Shown here piece by piece: positions 22,901 through 31,219 of a DNA stretch of 61,361 nt (position 1 is the stretch's first letter; every line of letters begins with the position of its first letter). The position numbers and the translations under genes were made by a program. This stretch comes from an uncultured virus (IMG/VR IMGVR_UViG_3300032050_000027) (Duplodnaviria; Heunggongvirae; Uroviricota; Caudoviricetes), in IMG/VR virus record IMGVR_UViG_3300032050_000027. One strand, 5' to 3'. Below the pieces are notes generated by a model. The model was given only the letters and a program-made list of their open reading frames with translations, was not told where the DNA came from and did no database searches.

Positions 22901-25900
22901 CTGTGTCTGGTTTGGCCGCAGCCATTAACGCTGCTGTGCCCAATGTAACAGCCACAGTGACCAGTGGCCTGCTCACACTCAGCGTGACAAATTTTGATTC
23001 TGCGCCTGCTGGAAACAAACTACAAGTGGCCCCAGGCAGCATAGGAGCAGCATTTGACAGTCTTGGATTTAACACATTTGAATGGACACAAACAATTCAA
23101 AGCCCGTACCCTGTAAAATTTGCTGGGTTTGGCTCCAGTATCAGCGTTGATGATACTGCAACCACTTTGGTAGTAGGTGCTCCTCGTGGAACCATGTACT
23201 TGATCACAATATTTGATGACTATGTAGAGTTGTTTGATGCAGGTGCAACATCATTCTTTACCACTATAGATCAAAGTGGTGCTGTTTACACATATGATTT
23301 GTTGAACAGTGCCAACAGTAGCATAACCAATCCAAGCAAGTTTATTTTTGGTAATCAGATTGCCATAACTTCAATTGATTATCTGGATCAGTTGGGAGTT
23401 TCGGTTGACTACACATCTGGAGTGCTTTGGATGGGCGCACCTGGTACAGACTTCGGGGACAGTAGCAGTAGCAATTACGGTCAAGCTCATGTGTGGCAAA
23501 ATGCCACACGATCACCAGCTTGGGCTCCAATTAGAATTGAACAACCAGTTGTTGATGTGCGTCTGTTAAACAGCGTTTTCTTGTATGACAGAATATCATC
23601 GGCCACAACAGAATTTTTAGACTTCTTTAATCCATTGCAAGGCAAGATACTTGGTGCTGCTCGTCAGAACATTGATTACATTGGCGCAGTTGACCCTGGC
23701 AGTTACAATGTAGGACCAGTTGGAGTGCGCGGCACCACCTGGGGCGCAGAACATGTGGGAGAAATTTGGTGGGATATCAGTACAGTAAGATTTATTGATC
23801 CCAACCAAGACGATATTGTTTACGCCAGCCGACGTTGGGGACAAGTGTTTCCTGGCAGCTCAATTGATGTGTATCAGTGGATTGTGAGTTCTGTTCCACC
23901 TGCTAACTATGCTGGTCCTGGAACACCTTACAGCATATCTAGTTATACTATCAACACTGTGTTAAGTCGAGATGGCAACTTTAACACTCAATACTTTTTC
24001 TGGGTGCGTGGTATCACTGATGTGGCCACACAGAAAAATAAAACTCTTAGTGCAGCAACTATTTCTCAGTATATTGAAAATCCTCGATCAACTGGCATTG
24101 CATATCTAGCACCAATTAATTCCAGCACAGTTGCATTATACAATTGTGAAACATTAATTGAAGCTGAAGATACCATACTCCACATTGAATTTGATAAAGA
24201 ACTAACCAATGCCAATGTTCACGTGGAATATGAACTGATAGCTCAAGGGCGTGCTGATGGCTTCTTGAGTGATAATCTCTATAGAAAACTACAAGATTCA
24301 TTCTGCGGAGTTGACACAGCAGGTAATATAGTGCCAGACATTAATCTGGGGCCAGCTGAACGTTACGGAGTACAATTCCGTCCTCGACAGTCAATGTTTG
24401 TTGATAGATTTGCGGCACTAAAAAATTACATTGTTCGAGCCAATACTGTATTAAAACAGTACACAATAAGTGAAAGCCGTAGCTTTGCTTTGTTAAACAG
24501 TGCTGAACCTGAACTGCCATCTACAACGATAGTTAATGGAGCAACAGTAATTAACTGGAACAAGCGGATACCTAACTTAGAAATTTTAACTTATAATTTT
24601 GAAGCACCTGGCGGCGACGCCATTGGTTACAAATATCTTGTGGTTAGCGACAGTGACAATCGAGGTCTTTGGACAATTTACACTGTAGAAGAAAATCCAA
24701 ACACTGGCAATCCAGAATTGGTATTGAGTCGAGTGCAAAATTATCGCACAACAGACTACTGGAGTTACATTGACTGGTATCGTCCAGGATACAATTCCAG
24801 TATCAAACCTGTGGCAGAAGTTCCAACTTATTCTAGCTTGGCAACAATATCTGTGACCACAGGAGCCAGCGTAAAAGTAACTGCAAATGCACAAGGCAAA
24901 TTTGAAATTTATCTAAAAACTGATCTTGGATTTGAGCGTGTGGGACTTGAAGATGGAACTATTGCAATTTCTGCAGAAATCTATGATTATGCTCTTGGAA
25001 GATTTGGATTTGACGTTGAAGTGTTTGATGCACAATACTTTGACCAAGAACCTGTAATTGAAACAAGAAAAATTATCCAAGCTATCAATGAAGAATTGTT
25101 TGTGGATGATTTGGCCATTGAACGAAATCGCAGTTTGACTTTGATGTTTGACTTTATACTCAGCGAGTTTGCTGCTCCTGAATGGCTGGTCAAAACATCA
25201 CTGATTGACGTTGATCACAGAATTCGAGAATTGCTGCCATTCCAGAATTACAGCCGTGACAATCAAGAATTTGTGATTGACTACCTTCAAGAAGTAAAAC
25301 CATATCACGTGCAAGTGCGCGAGTTCAATCTCACGTACTTTGGCAACGACTTGTACCAAGGAGATTTAACAGACTTTGACGTTCCAGCGTTTTATAACAC
25401 CACATTACCTGTACCACAATATACAAGTCCTATCTTGTTGCCGTACGCACACAGCGCGGCTCAAATTAGTAACACACTAAGTGATACTGAATCAACTGAT
25501 CAAATTTGGACAGAGTGGCCTTACAGTCAGTGGTACAACAATTATCTGTTGAGCGTGGAAACAATTGTTGTTACATTCAACGGAACTGGATACACTACTG
25601 CACCTCAGGTTACCATAGTAGGAGATGCGGTAACGCCCGCAGAAGCCACTGCTTTGATTAATTCAGCAGGACAAGTAGTAGCAATCAACGTAACCAATCC
25701 TGGCAGCGGATACCAAGCAACTCCCGCCATAGTGTTTTCAGGTGGTAACGGCACAGGCGCTCAAGCCTATGCCAACATGATTAACAGAAACTCAGCTGAC
25801 TTTGATGCACAAGTTTACAACGTTAACCCTGCGGTAAATTTTGATCAATGGGAAATTGATACCAATAGCAACATACCTCTTACCACGGTGAGAGCATTCA

Positions 25901-28635
25901 AAACAGTAATCAAGTACGACCGTTATCAGTATCAAACATCAGTACAAACTTGGAGTTCTACTGGAATTTACCTCAACGGAACTTTGGTACGTTATGATGA
26001 TCGTGTGTGGAGTGCTGACAGTAGCGACGGAAGTTCAGCTGTGGTTGGCCCTACATTTGATCTTGAAGATTGGGTGGAAGTTGACCCGGGCACATTGAGT
26101 GGTGTAGACCGTACCATGGGCTACTATGTGTCTGGCATTAACTCGCCAGGACTTGAATTGCCTTTGTTGATTGATGGTGTTGACTACCCAGGAGTTCAAG
26201 TGTGGGGTGATTACTTCTTGGGCACAGAAATTGTTGATGCTCAATACGAAAGTGAATTTACAGACATTGAATTAGGGCTACGCAACACAGATGTCAATGT
26301 AGACGGCGGCGAATTTATTGGGCCTTACGAAGGACATGCGCCAGAAGAATTGGTCAACGGATCAGAGTTTGATACATTGGACATAAGAGTTTATACTCGA
26401 CCAGGATCTGACTGGCAAATGGACGGTCATGGATTCCAAATTGGTGTTATCAACTATGTGTACAACCCAGCAACATCTTATATTTTGAGCTGGAGCGGAG
26501 TGGTAGATCATCCAGTGCAAGTACTGGTTAGCAATCAAACGTCAGGGCGTACCATGACATTAGATGTGGATTACTACATCAATTGGGGCAACGAAACTGT
26601 AGAAATTGTTCCTAGCGAAGGATTTGCCACTGATGATGTTGTGAACATTTCAGTATATGAATTAGGTGGCGGCAACCAGTTGTATCGGGACAACTATACT
26701 GGTGCAGAAATTGGAAATTCAGTGATAATTCCAGTAGACGATGCAGAAATCTACACTGTGGCTATTTTTGTCAACGGCGAATCGTCTGCTGTCCCGTCTT
26801 GGGAACCATACTACGATGCAGATGCCTGGAACATTTTGCAAAGTTATCCAATCAACATGGTGGTTATTAATACCAGTGTTTACTACAGATCAATACAGGC
26901 AGTACCAGAAGGCACTGATATAACTGACACAACGTATTGGGAAGTGTATGTTCCCACATTGTTGACCAAAGTAACTTTGGCCAGTACACCCGGCGATGCT
27001 GACGGTATCGCATTGGTAGCATTTGGAATTCAAACACCAACACAATACTCATGGTCTACTCCACAAGTTCAATATCAAGTGGTTGATGCAACAGTGATCA
27101 GCACTAGTGGATTTACATTAGATAATTCTGTTGCAGGAACAAATCCTGCCAACATGATTGTAACAGTAAATGGACTGCGCTTGACTCCCCCAGCTGGCAT
27201 TGAGTGGCAGGGAGACGACAGCTCAACCAGTTTTGGCCTGCCACAGAGATTGGGAAGTAGCTTTTTACAATCAACTATTAATGCCATAACAGATATACAA
27301 GTATACAAAAACAGTGAGTTGCAAGTACAGAGCTTTGGTGCAACAGCTGGTGACTATTCTGTAACCAACTGGGACGGATCTAACACTCCAGGAAGACAAG
27401 TGGTGTTCAATGCTGCGCCAGCGGCTGGTGATACAATTTTAATTTCAGTAAGTACCCTGGCTGATTATAGTCTGGCAGGATCGTTATTGCAACTCAATAC
27501 AACACCACCATTGGATAGCATAATATCAGTAACCACATTCAATGAAACCACTCAGCAAAGTATTGCCACATTAGTGTTTGTTGGACCAATTGTTGAAGGT
27601 ATTACTATTGCAGAACCCTACGACAGCACTGATTTTGATACTGGATCAGTCAGCGGATTGCCAGGATCGTTTGACTACAGCGCAGGTACTGCTATCAGCA
27701 AAAATGATTTTTATCTAGATCGTCCAGGCATTGAAGCAGGCAGACTATGGGTAACATTAGATGGTTATCGTTTGTTTGAAGGTCAAGATTACACTGTGGT
27801 AGACGACTACATAATTTTGGCCAGTGGTGCAATTGGCACATCTCAAATTTTAGCTGTTACAGAATTTACTGAAAGTCTAGTGCCCGAAGCATCCGCATTC
27901 CGCATATTCCAAGACATGCGTGGAGTTCAAGGAACTTACAGAATTACACCAGCAACCACAACCACGCTAACACAACCTTTGTTGGCTGCTGGCAACACAA
28001 TTCATGTGGCTGATGCAAACGCATGTGCTGAACCCAATTTGCCAGAAGGTATATTTGGTATAATTACCATCGACGGTGAGCGAATCATGTACAGAGAGCG
28101 CAATGTGGGCACACATACCTTGACAGGTCTGCGTCGCGGCACAGCAGGAACAGGTGCAGCCGACCATGAAACTGGCGCAGATGTGTATGACATGAGCCGC
28201 GGCAATTTGTTGGCCGAGCAGTATCAAAACTATGTGGTAAGTGATACCAGTGTTGGCGATGGTTCAACAACAATATTCTATGCCCCAAGTATTGATATCA
28301 GTGACTTTGGTGATTCCAGCAGCATTTACACAGAAACTATAGAAGTATATGTTGGAGGTGTTCGTCAGTATAACTACAGCGATAGTTCTGTATCAATTGA
28401 GCCCGGGCAATATCGTTGGATTGTAACTGATTTTGAACCGCTAGCAATTGAGTTTATTACTGATTCAAACCCAATTGATCCTATGTTAGCACCTCCTCCA
28501 GGCGTGGAAATAACCATATTGCAACGCCGCGGCTTGGGCTGGTACGGAACCGGAATCAAAGTCAATGACGGTTTGGCCCTGCAAGAAACTGACACACCGC
28601 AGGCAAGGTTCTTGACCGGGCGGAACGGAGCATAA
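13933..28635 (+). CDS. Giant (4900 aa) baseplate wedge / fibre-like virion protein with FG-GAP-like propeller repeats
   Basis: Uninterrupted 14.7-kb ORF coupled to gp6 (TAATG). N-terminal FLPQIFQT..NKQFL..TLDQL; EVKPYH motif; repeated FG.SV..S....(V/I)GAP units; many short beta-rich modules. Confidence 0.75.
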   Translation: MARVRSVDFLPQIFQTDTNKQFLAATLDQLIQEPKFKKTQGFIGRTVGPGVNPNDKYVVEPTKTRSDYQLEPGVVSLDPADTTTIKNTITYPGMLDALEFQGSPTQRPDRLFSSDYYTWDPFINFDTFVNFSQYFWLPNGPNAVDVAATGVPVTDDFEVTRANGVYTFSGISGENPTIEVVRGGSYTFQVAQNSTETVNYRVGNSGISAYTIDFLNNPTLTLARGNTYVFNLNLQGDFPFWIKTEQTLGSANPYNDGVSRNGSNFGLVTFTVPRNAPNTLYYVSGTQTNMRGTLNIVDGTPGTGPGFWIQTEPGVSGKIPTTPNISSRDVFGVTNNGEDLGTVIFNVPTKTAQSFYYNLPVFSQNVDLLTELKFEQINNQPLDTFIETYGGIDGITSLNNRTLIFTNSNTDAESGGWIRTSFFDPLEAGSANNGLIGSFDTEPFSYTAEIAPEDRYQLWQINYVVSDGITYLRLSRIATIDNLNKWTIRYGTVYSSTNWYKDAAGTFRQIPLLTALLNTLYYQDGTDPEIFGTIKLLDETESSTLFIDDILGQKNYTSPNGVSFTNGLKIVFRGDVIPASYSSGTISFVCTSTNAGFNTISTATTEDLYVGQRVVFTGTVIGGLVAGQSYYVQSIVNSFQFTVSSVVDGSAVTLTTATADMNATAINYREYYVAGVGTAIELLPVTNFVTPESYVINDNDSSLPVPEELDYFTIDRASQDLNSWTRSNRWFHIDVINATAAYNNTVATLDNNYRGKRPIIQFQPDIRLFNMGTQGKQPVDIIDQLETDAFSNIQGSTGYSVDGYTFTNGTRVIFAADEDPDVRDKIYVVEFIVPDTVPPLIAQPIINLTLASDGEVLTDQSTLCLSGDTLQGLTFWYDGAAWIEAQQKTGVQQAPLFDVYDADRVSFGNQAKYPSSDFIGSKLFSYAIGDTRILDTVLKIPLQYLSISNVGDIVFDNNLYKDTFVYTRDNVSVTVAISSGSAREYADRTAYTRLIGWQNAITTTQMYQQFKFTYNTGILKLDVPVINQTGNSVPVVKVYVGSVFQDPTKYTYVVSGNNTTITLLNTYVVGDIIEVLVLSDQISAAAFYQVPSNLQNNPLNANSTSFTLGTIRQNYESICENLPGIQGAIAGANNTRDLGNIIPYGLTILQQSAPMTLAGYFLRSEEYNIFNALTYNSREYTKFKSIMLENVTQQEINFQTTAQILDTAIEEINAGKVETQPFYWSDMLPSGAVYTENTYTVSFITSSVFDTVQVYNYTSANYLGLNVYLNDRLLTRDLEYSVATDGPRVTILVTLSVGDQIAIREYTSTYGNFVPNTPTKLGLYRAFRPRITVQQTSTGEQTVLIGHDGSVTKTFDDIRDDVLLEFETRIFNNLKLDGNPVPMVAADVIPGQFRDTGFTYSEVNNILSQDFLSWVAWNKLDYNTQDYQANNEFTWNYSEAQNKLNNDYLLGAWRGIYRYFYDTQQPEYTPWEMLGLSIKPDWWDDTYGPAPYTEGNLVLWDDMEAGYVRDPVAPYYLPKYARPGLTSVIPTGGEGALLSPFDSVVGTWDEGQFRKSWSIGDGGPVEASWWNSSSYPFAVMRLLALTQPAKFFALFADRDLYRYQEEFGQYLYDDRYRLDANGIEIYGNGVSKASYIDWIVDYNRQSGIDSTEDLTADLANLDVRLCYRMASFSDKKYIKLYTEKSSPASTNTSFLIPDESYNLLLYKNQPFDRASYSSVLVQTVPGGYAVFGYSTTQPYFSILQSQSGGQLRTITVLDTRIQVPKSYTNTVVQVPYGFIFDTKTAVVDFLLSLGQYLETQGLTFTNRANGYELDWNQMANEFLYWAAQGWSDDALIALNPLAFRLSVTKEQAVVDSIQAQTSENILLDQNRRELPTRQLNIVRIDNTFSVEPLADQTLSFIDIKYTSYEHMIVLDNASVFGDLIYDPVTGARQNRLNLVSTTSTEWNGAVDAQGFILNQDNVEEWQNYKIYSKGTIVKYKGTYWSAMAIVQPSETFDYNEWVQSDYSQIELGMLPNLANKANQLANSYDINAANLESDNDLLSYGLIGFRPRQYMAALNLDDVSQVNIYRQFLDSKGTILSAELFSQAVLGKETGDYNIYENWAVQRAVYGANANRSYFELRLNRALLDASPSLVQVILPLESSKADQTVLLENVWKESFKLTSPNILPTTTELPTDTALPSAGYVNLDDADITAFDIDDPASLEANINNINVGTSIWVAKVNDYDWNIYRAESVPGTISHVCDNLNNTSRVIFTADHGLVAGNRIIIRFFDTEVDGVYDVLSVVNLNTINIAFRFLSNRTVVNGTGLAFTLKTMRVSQASNVDTLPYANSLLFGAKVWVDDNGDGLWQVIEKQNIFSEVTSIAPEYLDATEAYGSSVSQATNRFAALVGSPRYGFPTSANPKGGVYTYVRSTSDVYQPASPVSSGDALLTLDITGARAYGTSVKFGNKDWAVAGAPLSLGSASQTNNGYACVIYRDTGSYLPDTNPYFNWQLLTTPGSVSADQGRFGYSVAMSLDERWMYVGAPDVNKVYAYGRVDWEDQYFRTVGNGSTKVYLINDYITISAATQLRVTVDGEIQTLNTDYTVNAALNTVTFVSAPVSGSDIIIRRIALQDLDGADYFSVTATGGSGSGALFTVSRRRGTVTVGVQDGGTGYTVGNTLTIPATSFGGGTVPANDITFTVGSVISGEIITISTPSYTPPALATVFSLNEYFYQVALTDSTIYSFQIEVDGVLQRPNIDYTFNTSTKDVTFLNSPASGTSILARAKDYWLYVDTLTAGGLAAGAQFGYSVSCSTDGRQVMIGAPYATADGETEAGVVYVFDRNVQKFIWNNDPSSSSFTVLGTPVAPVSVIVNNQFLTNQNSTTQDASNTFTVNGSTVTVNLASNLQSGDIVEIETNQFELLQIVTQDAVAEFSNFGQSVDLCKYNCSLYVGEPQSSIQIYKGGVVERSLNQSRVYGVITALNASPALTAGNTLRVNNMDVAVPTAPNNTVSGLAAAINAAVPNVTATVTSGLLTLSVTNFDSAPAGNKLQVAPGSIGAAFDSLGFNTFEWTQTIQSPYPVKFAGFGSSISVDDTATTLVVGAPRGTMYLITIFDDYVELFDAGATSFFTTIDQSGAVYTYDLLNSANSSITNPSKFIFGNQIAITSIDYLDQLGVSVDYTSGVLWMGAPGTDFGDSSSSNYGQAHVWQNATRSPAWAPIRIEQPVVDVRLLNSVFLYDRISSATTEFLDFFNPLQGKILGAARQNIDYIGAVDPGSYNVGPVGVRGTTWGAEHVGEIWWDISTVRFIDPNQDDIVYASRRWGQVFPGSSIDVYQWIVSSVPPANYAGPGTPYSISSYTINTVLSRDGNFNTQYFFWVRGITDVATQKNKTLSAATISQYIENPRSTGIAYLAPINSSTVALYNCETLIEAEDTILHIEFDKELTNANVHVEYELIAQGRADGFLSDNLYRKLQDSFCGVDTAGNIVPDINLGPAERYGVQFRPRQSMFVDRFAALKNYIVRANTVLKQYTISESRSFALLNSAEPELPSTTIVNGATVINWNKRIPNLEILTYNFEAPGGDAIGYKYLVVSDSDNRGLWTIYTVEENPNTGNPELVLSRVQNYRTTDYWSYIDWYRPGYNSSIKPVAEVPTYSSLATISVTTGASVKVTANAQGKFEIYLKTDLGFERVGLEDGTIAISAEIYDYALGRFGFDVEVFDAQYFDQEPVIETRKIIQAINEELFVDDLAIERNRSLTLMFDFILSEFAAPEWLVKTSLIDVDHRIRELLPFQNYSRDNQEFVIDYLQEVKPYHVQVREFNLTYFGNDLYQGDLTDFDVPAFYNTTLPVPQYTSPILLPYAHSAAQISNTLSDTESTDQIWTEWPYSQWYNNYLLSVETIVVTFNGTGYTTAPQVTIVGDAVTPAEATALINSAGQVVAINVTNPGSGYQATPAIVFSGGNGTGAQAYANMINRNSADFDAQVYNVNPAVNFDQWEIDTNSNIPLTTVRAFKTVIKYDRYQYQTSVQTWSSTGIYLNGTLVRYDDRVWSADSSDGSSAVVGPTFDLEDWVEVDPGTLSGVDRTMGYYVSGINSPGLELPLLIDGVDYPGVQVWGDYFLGTEIVDAQYESEFTDIELGLRNTDVNVDGGEFIGPYEGHAPEELVNGSEFDTLDIRVYTRPGSDWQMDGHGFQIGVINYVYNPATSYILSWSGVVDHPVQVLVSNQTSGRTMTLDVDYYINWGNETVEIVPSEGFATDDVVNISVYELGGGNQLYRDNYTGAEIGNSVIIPVDDAEIYTVAIFVNGESSAVPSWEPYYDADAWNILQSYPINMVVINTSVYYRSIQAVPEGTDITDTTYWEVYVPTLLTKVTLASTPGDADGIALVAFGIQTPTQYSWSTPQVQYQVVDATVISTSGFTLDNSVAGTNPANMIVTVNGLRLTPPAGIEWQGDDSSTSFGLPQRLGSSFLQSTINAITDIQVYKNSELQVQSFGATAGDYSVTNWDGSNTPGRQVVFNAAPAAGDTILISVSTLADYSLAGSLLQLNTTPPLDSIISVTTFNETTQQSIATLVFVGPIVEGITIAEPYDSTDFDTGSVSGLPGSFDYSAGTAISKNDFYLDRPGIEAGRLWVTLDGYRLFEGQDYTVVDDYIILASGAIGTSQILAVTEFTESLVPEASAFRIFQDMRGVQGTYRITPATTTTLTQPLLAAGNTIHVADANACAEPNLPEGIFGIITIDGERIMYRERNVGTHTLTGLRRGTAGTGAADHETGADVYDMSRGNLLAEQYQNYVVSDTSVGDGSTTIFYAPSIDISDFGDSSSIYTETIEVYVGGVRQYNYSDSSVSIEPGQYRWIVTDFEPLAIEFITDSNPIDPMLAPPPGVEITILQRRGLGWYGTGIKVNDGLALQETDTPQARFLTGRNGA

Positions 28636-28638
28636 ATA
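28632..28638 (+). promoter_or_regulatory. T4-type late promoter ATAAATA
   Basis: Overlaps the stop of the giant gene; ends 7 nt before ATG 28646. Confidence 0.55.
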
Positions 28639-28645
28639 ATAGACC

Positions 28646-28795
28646 ATGTCAAATACCGAAGTTAATAAACCTCAGAATCCCAAACCCGCTGATCCACAGC
28701 GCCGCCCAAATGAGCAGGGCACTATTTCTGTGCAGGCTCACATGAGGATTTTTGATCCAAAAACCCAAAAAACTTATGTGGAGGGAAGAGCATGA
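28646..28795 (+). CDS. Small hypothetical protein (49 aa)
   Basis: Below the ORF-track cutoff: MSNTEVNKPQNPKPADPQRRPNEQGTISVQAHMRIFDPKTQKTYVEGRA. Fills the gap and has ATGA overlap with the next gene. Confidence 0.75.
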   Translation: MSNTEVNKPQNPKPADPQRRPNEQGTISVQAHMRIFDPKTQKTYVEGRA

Positions 28796-29397
28796 TAGTA
28801 CCAGGACTGTGCAAAATTGAAGGATTTGTAAAAATACATGACCCAGTTTCGGGCGAAATTTTACTAGATAAAAAGAACGCAATTCACTACGAAAATATAT
28901 CCATTGCCATGGCCCAAACACTGAGCAATAGAGGACTGGGTAGAATATACGAAATGGCATTTGGCAACGGCGGCAGCTCTGTAGATCCCACAGGCGTGAT
29001 CACTTACTTGCCCCCAAATACCACAGGACAAAACGCTGATCTTTATAACGAAACATACGCCAAGGTTGTGGACGATAATGATGCAGCAGACACTGACCCA
29101 ACCAATAATAAAATGACAGTGCTACACACATCGGGCACAGTGTACACAGATATCTTGGTAACTTGTTTGCTGGACTACGGCGAACCACCAGAACAACAGG
29201 CTTTTGATAATTCTACCAATTTCAATGGTGAATTTGTTTTTGACGAACTGGGACTCAAATCCTGGAATGGATCTGCTGACGATTTAAGATTGATTACACA
29301 TGTGATTTTTCACCCTGTGCAAAAGAGCTTGAACCGTCAAATTCAGATTGACTACACACTGCGGATACAGACGCTGAGCAACATAAACGCTGTATAA
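28792..29397 (+). CDS. Virion structural protein (baseplate/collar-associated)
   Basis: 201 aa; KKNAIHYEN, MAFGNGG, FVFDELGL, HVIFHPVQKS; lies in the structural operon. Confidence 0.6.
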   Translation: MIVPGLCKIEGFVKIHDPVSGEILLDKKNAIHYENISIAMAQTLSNRGLGRIYEMAFGNGGSSVDPTGVITYLPPNTTGQNADLYNETYAKVVDDNDAADTDPTNNKMTVLHTSGTVYTDILVTCLLDYGEPPEQQAFDNSTNFNGEFVFDELGLKSWNGSADDLRLITHVIFHPVQKSLNRQIQIDYTLRIQTLSNINAV

Positions 29398-29400
29398 ATA
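29393..29400 (+). promoter_or_regulatory. Canonical T4 late promoter TATAAATA
   Basis: Exact T4 consensus ending 25 nt before the fibre gene ATG. Confidence 0.7.
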
Positions 29401-29425
29401 TTCGAACTAGGAACAGGTAACTGAC

Positions 29426-31207
29426 ATGGCATATACAATTACACTAACAGACGGCACAGTTTTTGCAACTATTGCTGATGGTGCAACAAACACCGCAAGC
29501 GCAATGACATTAGTGGGCAAAAACTACGCTGGATACGGTCAATTTTTGGACAATAACTTTGTTCGATTGTTGGAAAATGGATCTAACACTTCGGCGCCCG
29601 CTGCTCCGTTGACCGGACAGTTGTGGTGGGACAAAACCAACAACTTGCTGAAAGTTTACAATGGTTCTGTATTCAAAACTATTAGTGCTGCCACTGCAAG
29701 TTCTAGTGCTCCTGCATCAAACGTCACTGGCGACTTGTGGTATGATACCACTAACCAGCAGCTGAAAGTTTGGACTGGCGCTGCATTTATTGTGGTTGGC
29801 CCAGCATACAGTGCCAGCCAAGGAACGTCAGGTGCAATTCCTGAAACCATTACAGACTCAGTTGGTGGTACAAAATACATTACCAGTTTGTATGTAAACA
29901 ACAACCGTGTGGGTATTGTGTATGATACATCAAGTTTTGTTCCTCAAGCCAGCTTGCAAGCAACATTCCCCACAGTTTATCCTGGCATTACATTAACAGC
30001 TACTAATAGCCCAATTTTTGCTGGTACTGCAAACAATGCCAGCTACCTTAACAGCTTGACCAGTTCACAATTCATGCGCAGTGATACCAATACTTCTACC
30101 ACTGGTATTTTGCGTGTGTTAAACAATTCAGGATTGTTTGTGGGTGCAACCAACGCATTCAGCGTAACACAAAGTTCAAATGATGCACAAATCCGCGGAG
30201 ACATTTCAGGCGGCAATTTGATTATTCAAGCCAACGTGGGCGGAACTATCTACAACGTTGCTAGAGCATTAGGAGGCAATGGAACATTTGCAGTGGCCAA
30301 TGCTGCCACAGTTGGCACCACACTTGGCGTTACAGGCAACGTCACAGGCGGTAACGTATTAACAGGCGGATTGGTCTCAGCCACAGGCAACGTCACAGGC
30401 GGTAACGTGATTGCAACCACCTTGGTACAAGGTGTCACAGTCAGTGCCAGCGGAAACGTACAAGCTGGCAACTTGCGTACTACTGGCCTGGTGTCGGCCA
30501 CTGGTAACATTGATTCAGCTGGTAACATTGCTGGCACTTTCTTCCTTGGTAACGGCAGCCAGCTCACAGGGTTGAGCGCAGCGGTTAGCGTGACCAAGAT
30601 TGTTAACGGATCCACTGAAGCCAACATTGGCGCACCAGGTGGTAACGCCAACATTTCTGTAGGCGGAACAGGAAACGTAGCAGTGTTTACAACTTCTGGT
30701 GCAATTCTTACAGGCCTAACTGTGCCTAGTATTGACAAGTCTGGCACAAACGCTGTAGGCAACATTGGGTCATCTGTGAATTATTTTAACCGTGTGTTTG
30801 CCACAGCTACCACAGCCTTGTACGCTGACGTTGCAGAACGTTTTGAAGCAGACGAGTTACTAGAACCAGGCACTGTGGTTGAACTAGGCGGCACAAAAGA
30901 AATCACTCGAGCACGTAAAGATCTAAGCGAAAATGTGTTTGGTGTGATAAGTACTAGACCAGCTTATACCATGAACGGTGGCGCAGGCGAGGACGATACA
31001 CATCCTCCAGTTGCAATGACTGGGCGTGTACCAGTTCAAGCAATTGGTGTAATACACAAAGGTGATAGATTGGTCAGCGCAGGCAACGGTGTTGCTCGTG
31101 CTGCACAAGCTGGTGAAGCCACAGCCTTCAATGTAATTGGCCGATCACTAGATAACAAACTAGACGCTGGATTGGGTACAATTGAAGCTATTGTGACAAT
31201 AAAATAA
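29426..31207 (+). CDS. Tail fibre with C-terminal intramolecular-chaperone-like domain
   Basis: N-terminal LVGKNYAGYG...NFVRLLEN...GQLWWD; GN(V/I)xGGN shaft repeats; C-terminal YADVAERF..D...EPGTVV..GG...GVIST.PA...PVAMTGRVPV...KGD.LVS. Confidence 0.75.
   Translation: MAYTITLTDGTVFATIADGATNTASAMTLVGKNYAGYGQFLDNNFVRLLENGSNTSAPAAPLTGQLWWDKTNNLLKVYNGSVFKTISAATASSSAPASNVTGDLWYDTTNQQLKVWTGAAFIVVGPAYSASQGTSGAIPETITDSVGGTKYITSLYVNNNRVGIVYDTSSFVPQASLQATFPTVYPGITLTATNSPIFAGTANNASYLNSLTSSQFMRSDTNTSTTGILRVLNNSGLFVGATNAFSVTQSSNDAQIRGDISGGNLIIQANVGGTIYNVARALGGNGTFAVANAATVGTTLGVTGNVTGGNVLTGGLVSATGNVTGGNVIATTLVQGVTVSASGNVQAGNLRTTGLVSATGNIDSAGNIAGTFFLGNGSQLTGLSAAVSVTKIVNGSTEANIGAPGGNANISVGGTGNVAVFTTSGAILTGLTVPSIDKSGTNAVGNIGSSVNYFNRVFATATTALYADVAERFEADELLEPGTVVELGGTKEITRARKDLSENVFGVISTRPAYTMNGGAGEDDTHPPVAMTGRVPVQAIGVIHKGDRLVSAGNGVARAAQAGEATAFNVIGRSLDNKLDAGLGTIEAIVTIK
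30332..30408 (+). repeat. 26-bp perfect direct repeat, 51-nt period, in the fibre shaft
   Basis: acaggcaacgtcacaggcggtaacgt at 30332 and 30383 (TGNVTGGNV). Confidence 0.85.
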
Positions 31208-31219
31208 CGGGATACAAGA

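Noticed and set aside
28649..28960. 103-aa minus-strand ORF in the structural operon
   Set aside because: The plus-strand 49-aa ORF and the 201-aa gene explain the region, with a late promoter and ATGA coupling.
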